From an uncultured Fidelibacterota bacterium (GTDB lineage: Bacteria; Fidelibacterota; Marinisomatia; Marinisomatales; Marinisomataceae), in assembly GCA_902526795.1 (NCBI GenBank), contig CABZMF010000003.1, positions 88,190 to 152,189 on the forward strand: 64,000 nt of DNA. The letters run 5' to 3'. The notes under the pieces are model-generated. The model did not search any database. It saw only the letters and a list, made by a program, of their open reading frames with translations, and was not told where the DNA came from. The translations under genes were made by a program, and so were the position numbers. This document shows, piece by piece, positions 29,801 through 36,596 of the stretch; positions within the stretch are counted from its first letter, which is position 1; each line of letters opens with the position of its first letter.

Positions 29801-30151
29801 GATTTTTCATCAAATGTTTGGCAAAGCAGGATAGGAATAAGCTATACGATAAACAAAATTAATCCAGAAAATAAAGTTGAAAACTTTTGGCTTAATTCAA
29901 ATACAAGCATAAATGTTACAAATAATTGGAAGTTAAATTATAATGCTAGATTTAATCTCATAGATAATAATATTGTTCGTCATAATTTGACACTTTATAG
30001 AGAAATTGATTGCTGGGAATTTTTTGTTGATTGGACCCCAAATGGATATGCTAGAGGACTGTATTTTAGATTAAACTTAAAATCAGATATTCTACAAGAT
30101 CTTAAAGTTGAACAAAAAACCGGAATCTATACAACTAGGCCAAGTTTTTAG
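26891..30151 (+). CDS. lptD: LPS-assembly protein LptD with a fused N-terminal OstA/LptA-like region
   Basis: Signal peptide (...FAFS/QE), OstA-like jellyroll repeats (ADSL...LKGNI...CDSLFYD), then LptD motifs FTSCD, RSGWIMPSFG, GLGYYFA and a C-terminal DCWEF..DW.P. The likely start is ATG 26891. Confidence 0.85.
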   Translation: MKHKSIKNVNNNVTKKICVLFFLLNFAFSQEKLELKQADSLSSKEQNSETITILKGNIIFQKGDTFLSGNKAIQSNKNSQLKLYDNVKVDDKNNTIFCDSLFYDTEQEEIELLGSVTIRNENQLITADKGLINNIDGKIKLLKNGKILNQNQIVRGDLIEIFSKENQIKSLKVYENGIIISENTGYEKDKNNQNQLIINQDILKAKVIELKINENEISEIELIGMASSFIHLYEDSLYQGTNAISGDKIKLKLINNNATELFSTGGVIGQFIPSTSNTSGQEKVDYKAARVQFDTNSRTSKMYGKANIIQIGMDLKAAQINIDWKSNILEAFHKNLYDKEEDLEPTLIEKGREPVSGKSMVYNIKSRRGKVIAGTTKVQNNMYTGSQITTVSDSTFYIDDCIFTSCDPAKFYIGSKQAKIIYGDKIILKPLNIVVGGVPIFGIPKAIFPHSNKERRSGWIMPSFGSSENRGNYLDGLGYYFAPNDYFGSENSIIFADRQGLILKSKNQYKDRYKFSGGFNFEIRKHLSSTEQDIAKLNENNNTDFSLNWNHNQILRSDQTLRSNVSYYSNGEYNRETSIDPIKRLNQQAISNATYSKRWKDRNLSMSINISNKQDLMSKNKVSSSSSFFQSPSSLSSSVTENTSTLPSLNFRVGRRNLFRNSNKSFLNNIQWDFNSRILNNSKNYYSAEELIDEEGTSSFQWKQDSDGNAITSNESDMMLKNKFSINAPFTIFKYVAINPNINISSDFVNRIQEASFNEQNELELNTIDRFKNRTTSNLSLSISTKLYGILPFKVGSFQSIRHVITPRIGFSYSPDYLRNDNYFQEFNDEYYDYFTGTLIGSTPRTSSRKINLSLGNVFQAKRSKNDKEEKIDLFSLRMNTGYDVNKEEFKLSNLNTSLRSSLKNGTNIDMNFTHDFYEFDKGENVRMNEIRSIPRLTGIRFSTNFRLKGKNQETQYENELSEQTKDFLNDFSSNVWQSRIGISYTINKINPENKVENFWLNSNTSINVTNNWKLNYNARFNLIDNNIVRHNLTLYREIDCWEFFVDWTPNGYARGLYFRLNLKSDILQDLKVEQKTGIYTTRPSF

Positions 30152-30186
30152 GTGTTATTACTTAAAAAAATTATTAAAGTTGTTTT

Positions 30187-31410
30187 ATGAAATCAAAATT
30201 TCAGAAAGTTAAAGGGACGTATGATATACTTCCACCGGAAAGTATAAAATGGAATAAAGCTTTAGCAATTTTTCAATCAATAAGTAATCAATTTGGATAT
30301 GAAGAAATTAAAACCCCAATAATTGAAGATATTAATCTATTTAAGCAAAACATTGGATATGAAACTGATGTTTCAAAGGAAATGTTTTCTTGGAAAGATT
30401 CGTCAAGTAATCAATTAGTTTTAAAACCGGAAATGACTGCTCCTGTTGTTCGAGCATATATTGAATCAGGATTCTTTAGAAGTAAACCCTTATGTAAACT
30501 ATTTTATATTGATGCTCTATTTAGAAAAGAAAAACCACAAAAAGGTAGGCAGAGGCAATTTCATCAGTTTGGAATTGAGGCTTTGGGGTCTTCTGAAGTT
30601 GAACAAGACGTTGAGGTGATTCTATTAGCAACAAAAGTATTATTTCAATTGGGAATTACTAACACAAATCTTCAGATAAATAATATTGGTAATCATGAAA
30701 CTAGGAAAAAATATGAAGCGAAATTAAATGAATACTTTACTGATTACAAATCTCATTTGTCGAAAATATCTCAAAATAGATTAAAAAATAATTCTTTACG
30801 TATTCTTGATAGTAAAGAAAAGGAAGATTTAGAAATCATTAAAAATGCTCCATTAATTAAAGAATTTTTAACAAAAGATGAACAAAATAATTTTACCAAA
30901 CTTTTATCGCATTTAGATGCTTTAGGAATTTCTTATACGGAAAGTGGTCATTTAGTGAGAGGTCTTGATTACTACAATGGAACCACATTCGAAATTACAA
31001 ATATGTCATCGAAGTCACAAAATGCTTTACTTGGAGGTGGACGATATGATTACCTTGTAGAAAGCATGGGAGGGCCATCCACTCCAGCTATAGGCTTTGC
31101 TGCAGGAATTGAAAGACTCTTAACTGAATCAACAATAGATGATAAAAATGAAACAGTAGACTTTTTCATCAGCTTTGATACTCATTCTAAAAGGGCAATC
31201 AAGATTGCAAATCAGTTAATTGATGAGGGTTATTCTATTCACATAGATACGTTAAAAAAATCTGAAAAAAATCAGTTAAAAAATGCAATTAAAATGAGTG
31301 CTAATTTCTTCTTAAAGTGTAATGAATTAATTGAGCTAAAAAATCTTAGTTCAAAAGAAGAATGTAAAATAAATGATTTCACGGAATTAAAAAAATTTAT
31401 AAAATCATAG
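30187..31410 (+). CDS. hisS: Histidyl-tRNA synthetase
   Basis: KGTYD, LKPEMTAPVVR, FRKEKPQKGRQRQFHQ, LVRGLDYY, GGGRYDYL, GFAAGIERL motifs. Confidence 0.97.
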   Translation: MKSKFQKVKGTYDILPPESIKWNKALAIFQSISNQFGYEEIKTPIIEDINLFKQNIGYETDVSKEMFSWKDSSSNQLVLKPEMTAPVVRAYIESGFFRSKPLCKLFYIDALFRKEKPQKGRQRQFHQFGIEALGSSEVEQDVEVILLATKVLFQLGITNTNLQINNIGNHETRKKYEAKLNEYFTDYKSHLSKISQNRLKNNSLRILDSKEKEDLEIIKNAPLIKEFLTKDEQNNFTKLLSHLDALGISYTESGHLVRGLDYYNGTTFEITNMSSKSQNALLGGGRYDYLVESMGGPSTPAIGFAAGIERLLTESTIDDKNETVDFFISFDTHSKRAIKIANQLIDEGYSIHIDTLKKSEKNQLKNAIKMSANFFLKCNELIELKNLSSKEECKINDFTELKKFIKS

Positions 31411-31416
31411 GCCAAT

Positions 31417-31444
31417 AATTTATATTTATATATAAATATAAATT
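31417..31444. repeat. Perfect 28-bp A/T-only palindrome
   Basis: AATTTATATTTATA|TATAAATATAAATT; each half is the reverse complement of the other. Confidence 0.9.
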
Positions 31445-31445
31445 T

Positions 31446-31475
31446 TTGACAAATATTCATCGATGTGCGTAAGTT
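31446..31475 (+). promoter_or_regulatory. Candidate topA promoter
   Basis: TTGACA (31446-51), 18-nt spacer, TAAGTT (31470-75); ATG at 31486. Confidence 0.55.
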
Positions 31476-31485
31476 GCCAACCAAT

Positions 31486-33918
31486 ATGTCAAATAATGAA
31501 AAACTATTAATTATTGTTGAGTCTCCATCAAAGACTAAAACAATATCAAAATACATAGATAATGCATCAGTGATTGCTAGTGTAGGTCATTTTAAAGATC
31601 TCCCTAAAAAAAATATGGGAATAGATATTGATAATGATTTTGCTATGCAAATTGAAGGTATGCCTGATAAGAAAAAATTTTTATCTCAATTAAAAAAAGA
31701 GGTAAAAATAGCTGATCGTATTTTAATTGCTACTGACCCTGATCGTGAAGGTGAAGCAATTGCAGCAGATATTGCATCTGAAATTAAAGGTGATATTGAA
31801 AGAGTTGAATTCACTGAAATAACAAAGAAAGCTGTTTTAGAAGCAGTTAATAATTCTCGAAAAATAAATTATGATTTGGTAGATGCTCAACGTGCTAGAA
31901 GAGCTATTGATCGTATTGTTGGCTTCTCATTTTCTCCAGTACTTTGGAAGACATTAAGATCTTTAAAAAATAAAGGGCTATCTGCTGGTCGCGTGCAATC
32001 AGTTGCTCTAAAATTATTGGTGGATCGCGAAAAGCTTAGAAACAAGTTTATTGAAAATAAATTTTATGCTATTGATGCAAATATTTTAGACTATAAGAGC
32101 AGTGAAATTTTTAAGGCATCATTGATTTCTTACAATGGGAAACCTGTTGCTAAAAGCGATGACTTTGGAAAATTTGATATTGGTTTAAAAGATGACAACA
32201 TCATCCAAGTTGATAAAAAATTAGCAGAAAAAATAAAAGAAGAATGTAATGCTAGTGATTGGTTGATTAATAATATTGAAAGCAAGCCAACTTCTAGCTC
32301 TCCAGCACCACCTTTTACCACAAGCACACTACAACAAGATGCCTCAAGAAGATTTAGTTTTTCCCCAAAAAGAACAATGGTTGTTGCACAAAAACTTTAT
32401 GAACAAGGATTTATTACATACATGAGAACTGATTCCACCCATCTTTCTTCTGAAGCATTGAATGCTTCCAGAAAATTTATTGAAAATAGTTTCGGGAATG
32501 ATTTTCTCTCCGAAAAAACAAACATCTATAAAAACAAAGTTGCTAATGCTCAAGAAGCTCATGAAGCTATACGTCCAGCAGGTACGGCATTTAAGAAAGT
32601 TGAAGATGTTCAAAAAATTGGTGCTGATGAAGCAAAGCTCTATGAACTAATTTTAAGTAGAACAGTTGCTTCCCAAATGAAACCTGCACAATATATCAGA
32701 ACAAACGTTGAAATTCATAATGGAACTTCTATCTTTAAAGCAAGTGGGAATGTTACAGTATTTAAAGGTTATACTTTAGCTTATGAACAAGCTTTAACTA
32801 GGAAAGATAAAAGTAGACCTGAAAGCCTACCAGCTTTAGATAAACAATCCAAAATTCTAAGCGAGGAAATATTGCTTGAAGAAAAATCGACATCTCCTCC
32901 TAGAAGATTTTCGGAGGCTATGTTAGTAAAAGAAATGGAATCAAGAGGAATTGGAAGACCTTCTACCTACTCTGCTATTATTGAAAAATTATCATTAAAA
33001 GAATATGTTGTGAAAAAAAATAAAACTCTAATTCCAACTTTTATTGGAATAGCTGTATCACAACTATTAGAAAACCACTATAATGCATTATTCAATGAAA
33101 GATTTACAGCTGATATGGAAAATCGTTTGGACGCTATATCAAGATCTGAAAATTCATATTTAGATGTATTAAAAGAGTTTTATTACGGTAATAATGAGTA
33201 TAAAGGAGTAGCAAAATTATTAGATGAAGAAGTTGATATTGCAAAGGCATGTACAGTAAATGTAGAGGAAGATTTAGATATTAGAATCGGTAAGTTTGGT
33301 CCTTATGTGCAAAAAGATGGTAATAATACAACTATCCCTGAAGATTTATTTTTTGGAGAGTTGAACAAGAAAAAATTAGTTGAGCTTGATAGTATGCAAA
33401 AAGAAGATAATGTAATTGGAGTGCATACCAATGGAGAAAATATTTTATTAAAAATTGGTAGATATGGGCCATATGTCGAGCTTGAAAAAAGTAAAAAAAG
33501 GAAGTCTGTTTTAAAAAGTATTGGTGTAGAAAATGTAACACAAGAAATAGCTATCGAACTATTAAGTCTTCCAAAAAAATTAGGTGCTCATCCAGATACA
33601 AATGAAGATGTTCTAGCCGATTTTGGACCATATGGTCCTTACGTTAAGTGTGGTAAAATAAATGCATCAATGAAATCGGATGAAAGCCCATTAACAATAA
33701 CATTAGAAAGTGCTGTAAAACTTATTAAAGATAGAAAGCTAAAATTTGAGCCAAAAGTACTTGGTGAACATCCCAAAACTAAAAATGAGATATCAATCAA
33801 AAGAGGTCGATTTGGACCATATGTCACTGATGGAAAGAAAAACATATCTTTAAAAGGATATGTAGTTGATGAAGTTACTTTAGACCAAGCGATACAATTA
33901 ATTAACGAAAAATCATGA
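31486..33918 (+). CDS. topA: DNA topoisomerase I (type IA) with C-terminal GxFGPY repeats, no zinc ribbons
   Basis: IVESPSK TOPRIM, ATDPDREGEAI, SAGRVQS, ITYMRTDS (catalytic Tyr), GIGRPSTY, four G(K/R/P)(F/Y)GPY repeats. The likely start is ATG 31486. Confidence 0.96.
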   Translation: MSNNEKLLIIVESPSKTKTISKYIDNASVIASVGHFKDLPKKNMGIDIDNDFAMQIEGMPDKKKFLSQLKKEVKIADRILIATDPDREGEAIAADIASEIKGDIERVEFTEITKKAVLEAVNNSRKINYDLVDAQRARRAIDRIVGFSFSPVLWKTLRSLKNKGLSAGRVQSVALKLLVDREKLRNKFIENKFYAIDANILDYKSSEIFKASLISYNGKPVAKSDDFGKFDIGLKDDNIIQVDKKLAEKIKEECNASDWLINNIESKPTSSSPAPPFTTSTLQQDASRRFSFSPKRTMVVAQKLYEQGFITYMRTDSTHLSSEALNASRKFIENSFGNDFLSEKTNIYKNKVANAQEAHEAIRPAGTAFKKVEDVQKIGADEAKLYELILSRTVASQMKPAQYIRTNVEIHNGTSIFKASGNVTVFKGYTLAYEQALTRKDKSRPESLPALDKQSKILSEEILLEEKSTSPPRRFSEAMLVKEMESRGIGRPSTYSAIIEKLSLKEYVVKKNKTLIPTFIGIAVSQLLENHYNALFNERFTADMENRLDAISRSENSYLDVLKEFYYGNNEYKGVAKLLDEEVDIAKACTVNVEEDLDIRIGKFGPYVQKDGNNTTIPEDLFFGELNKKKLVELDSMQKEDNVIGVHTNGENILLKIGRYGPYVELEKSKKRKSVLKSIGVENVTQEIAIELLSLPKKLGAHPDTNEDVLADFGPYGPYVKCGKINASMKSDESPLTITLESAVKLIKDRKLKFEPKVLGEHPKTKNEISIKRGRFGPYVTDGKKNISLKGYVVDEVTLDQAIQLINEKS

Positions 33919-34268
33919 CAAAAAATTTATATTTATTTTTTTTAAGTACAGTTTTATTACTTGGATTTCAATCATCTATTGAAAAGCGTTTATACACACT
34001 TAATAGAGATCTTATGTGTCCAGTGTGTGATGGGCTTATCTTAGAGCAATCTCAAGCTGCACCCGCCCTCGAAATGAAAGAAGAAATTAAAAAAATGGTG
34101 ATTCAAGGAATGTCTGATAAAGAAATCAAAGAGCATTTTGTGCAAAAATTTGGTACTGAAATTCTTGCTAATCCTCCAAAAAAAGGCTTTGATATACTAG
34201 TTTGGCTCACACCTCTTGTTTTTAGTTTTTTTGGAATAGTTTTTCTGTACAGATATATTTTTTCTTAA
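33915..34268 (+). CDS. ccmH: Cytochrome c biogenesis protein CcmH (N-terminal/CcmL-type domain only)
   Basis: LMCPVC redox motif, MK.EI..MV..G.SD.EI, FG.EIL..PP, C-terminal TM helix LVWLTP. Confidence 0.88.
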   Translation: MTKNLYLFFLSTVLLLGFQSSIEKRLYTLNRDLMCPVCDGLILEQSQAAPALEMKEEIKKMVIQGMSDKEIKEHFVQKFGTEILANPPKKGFDILVWLTPLVFSFFGIVFLYRYIFS

Positions 34269-34280
34269 ACTCTATACAAA

Positions 34281-35717
34281 ATGAGTATAAAACATTTAGA
34301 TAAAATTGTTTCTCTTTGTAAACGTAAAGGCTTTGTCTTTCCGAACTCTGAAATTTATGGGGGATTGAAAGCATCTTATGACTATGGGCCTCTTGGTGTA
34401 GAATTAAAAAAAGCCATATCTGAAAAATGGTGGAAAGCTATGACAAATAATTCAAACATTGTTGGGCTTGATAGTTCTATCATGGTTCACCCAGATGTGT
34501 GGGAAGCAAGTGGACATATTGCCAACTTTAATGATCCTATGACGGATAATAAGGATACCAAAAAACGTTATAGAATTGATGATTTGTTGTATCAGCAAAA
34601 AAGTAAAGTTATTGATGCGCTATGTGAAATATTGTCTATTGAAAATAAAAATGATAGTGACACTCTTGACAAAATTAGTCACACTTTACTTGAAGAATCA
34701 GATAAATATAGTAATGCTTTAGAATCGGCAGAAGTTATTGATCCATTTTCAGGAAATATTGGAAAATGGACCCAAGCTACTCAGTTTAATCTAATGTTTC
34801 AGACAAATTCAGGTCCATCAGAAAAATCTGGTAAAAGTATTTATTTACGTCCTGAAACAGCTCAAGGGATTTATATTAATTATTTATTAGTTCAAAATTC
34901 TATGAGATTAAAGGTTCCATTTGGTATCGCTCAAATTGGAAAAGCCTTTAGAAATGAAATTATTGCAAGAAATTTTATTTTTAGGACAAGAGAATTTGAA
35001 CAAATGGAAATGCAATATTTTGTTCGCCCATCTGAAGACGAATCATCAATGGAGCTCTGGAAAGATAAAAGAATTAGCTTTTATTCTGAAGAATTAGGAA
35101 TCAGCAAAGATAATTTAAAATTCCATCAACATTCAGAGGATGCACTTGCTCATTATGCAAAAGATGCTTTTGATATTGAATATAATTTTCCATTTGGTTG
35201 GGGTGAAGTTGAAGGTATTCATAATAGAACAGATTTTGATTTAAAAGAGCATGAAAAATTATCTGGGAAGAATATGATGTATTTTGATGCACTTAAAAAT
35301 GAAAAATATCATCCTTTTATCATTGAAACATCTACTGGCTTAAATCGACTATTTTTAATGGTTCTTTGTGAATCTTATTATGAAGATAACGAAAATAATA
35401 GAACTATATTAAAACTGCCTTTTGATTTGGCTCCAAATAAAATTGTAATCTGTCCTCTCCTAAAAAAAGATGGTCTTCCTGAAAAAGCTAAAGAAATATA
35501 TGATTCAATAAACGAGATACATAAATGTGTGTATGATCAACAAGGTTCTATTGGAAAAAGATATTATAGACAAGATGAATCAGGAACTCCTTTTGGCATT
35601 ACCATTGATCACGAAACCTTAGAAGATAATTCTATTACAATTAGAGAAAGGGATTCTATGGAACAACATAGAATACCAGTTGATAACATTTTAAAATTCA
35701 TTTCAGAAAATAAATAG
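34281..35717 (+). CDS. glyQS: Glycyl-tRNA synthetase, alpha2 type
   Basis: SEIYGG...YDYGPLG, YLRPETAQGI, FRNEI..RNFIFRTREFEQME, EVEGIHNRTDFDL, SIGKRYYRQDE motifs. Confidence 0.96.
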   Translation: MSIKHLDKIVSLCKRKGFVFPNSEIYGGLKASYDYGPLGVELKKAISEKWWKAMTNNSNIVGLDSSIMVHPDVWEASGHIANFNDPMTDNKDTKKRYRIDDLLYQQKSKVIDALCEILSIENKNDSDTLDKISHTLLEESDKYSNALESAEVIDPFSGNIGKWTQATQFNLMFQTNSGPSEKSGKSIYLRPETAQGIYINYLLVQNSMRLKVPFGIAQIGKAFRNEIIARNFIFRTREFEQMEMQYFVRPSEDESSMELWKDKRISFYSEELGISKDNLKFHQHSEDALAHYAKDAFDIEYNFPFGWGEVEGIHNRTDFDLKEHEKLSGKNMMYFDALKNEKYHPFIIETSTGLNRLFLMVLCESYYEDNENNRTILKLPFDLAPNKIVICPLLKKDGLPEKAKEIYDSINEIHKCVYDQQGSIGKRYYRQDESGTPFGITIDHETLEDNSITIRERDSMEQHRIPVDNILKFISENK

Positions 35718-35731
35718 CACAGGAGAAAAGT

Positions 35732-36460
35732 ATGCGCTCTGCTAATCCGGCATTAAATAATAACACTTTTAGAAATACAAGACAAGTGAGCGGCGAGCAA
35801 GCTATGTCTATAGATGGTACAGTAAATAAAACTGCATTAAGTCTACTTTTGGTCATGACATCTGCAATCTACACATGGAATAATCCTGAAGTCGGATTAG
35901 CTTTATTTTGGCCTGTTACAATATTTACTTTCGTTCTATTAATGATTACAATTTATAATAAGAAATCTGCCCCAATTACAGTCCCATTGTATTGTTTGGC
36001 TGAAGGATTGGTTCTAGGTGGAATCTCAGCCTATGCCAATGCATTGTATCCTGGGATTGCTAATCAAGCGATCGCGTTAACATTTGGAATTTTGGCAGCT
36101 CTATTATTTTTATATAAAAGTAGGTTAATTGCTGCTACAGAGAATTTTAAATTAGGAGTGTTTTCTGCTACTTTTGGCATTCTAATTATATATGTATTGA
36201 ATTTAATTCTGTCCTTGTTTGGTGTCTCATTTATGGGTCCATTATTTGGGAATGGCCTAACTGGAATTTTTTTCTCACTTTTCGTCATAGGAATTGCGTC
36301 TTTAAACCTCGTTTTAGATTTTGATTTTATTGAAAATGGAGCTGATCAAGGTGCGCCTAAATATATGGAATGGTACGCTGCATTCGGACTGATGATTACT
36401 CTTATCTGGCTTTATATCGAAATACTTAATCTTCTAATGAAACTTAGAAGCAGAAGGTAA
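35732..36460 (+). CDS. Bax inhibitor-1/YccA family membrane protein
   Basis: MRSANPAL, MSIDGTVNKT, NLVLDFDFIE.G...GAPKYMEWYAAFGLMITLIWLYIEIL; AGGAG RBS. Confidence 0.92.
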   Translation: MRSANPALNNNTFRNTRQVSGEQAMSIDGTVNKTALSLLLVMTSAIYTWNNPEVGLALFWPVTIFTFVLLMITIYNKKSAPITVPLYCLAEGLVLGGISAYANALYPGIANQAIALTFGILAALLFLYKSRLIAATENFKLGVFSATFGILIIYVLNLILSLFGVSFMGPLFGNGLTGIFFSLFVIGIASLNLVLDFDFIENGADQGAPKYMEWYAAFGLMITLIWLYIEILNLLMKLRSRR

Positions 36461-36482
36461 TATATCCCTCCTCTTTAAATCA

Positions 36483-36511
36483 TTGACATAAAGTACACTT
36501 TCTCCTAGATT
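36483..36511 (+). promoter_or_regulatory. Near-consensus sigma70 promoter of the TonB-dependent receptor
   Basis: TTGACA (36483-88), 17-nt spacer, TAGATT (36506-11); RBS AAAGGA at 36585-90. Confidence 0.75.
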
Positions 36512-36522
36512 ATGCAAACTAA

Positions 36523-36558
36523 GGGTATATTTTTATACCTCTAACAGAGGTACATACC
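36523..36558 (+). promoter_or_regulatory. Structured 5'UTR or operator array upstream of the TonB-dependent receptor
   Basis: Overlapping inverted repeats GGGTATA/TATACCT and TACCTCT/AGAGGTA, plus GGTAT/ATACC. Confidence 0.5.
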
Positions 36559-36596
36559 AAGGATTTATTAATATGTACATAAACAAAGGAAAAACA

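Noticed and set aside
34521-34770. GlyRS insertion domain lacking Cys ligands as a novel zinc-free form
   Set aside because: DNK/DP-type variants occur in many unrelated bacteria and are not distinctive.
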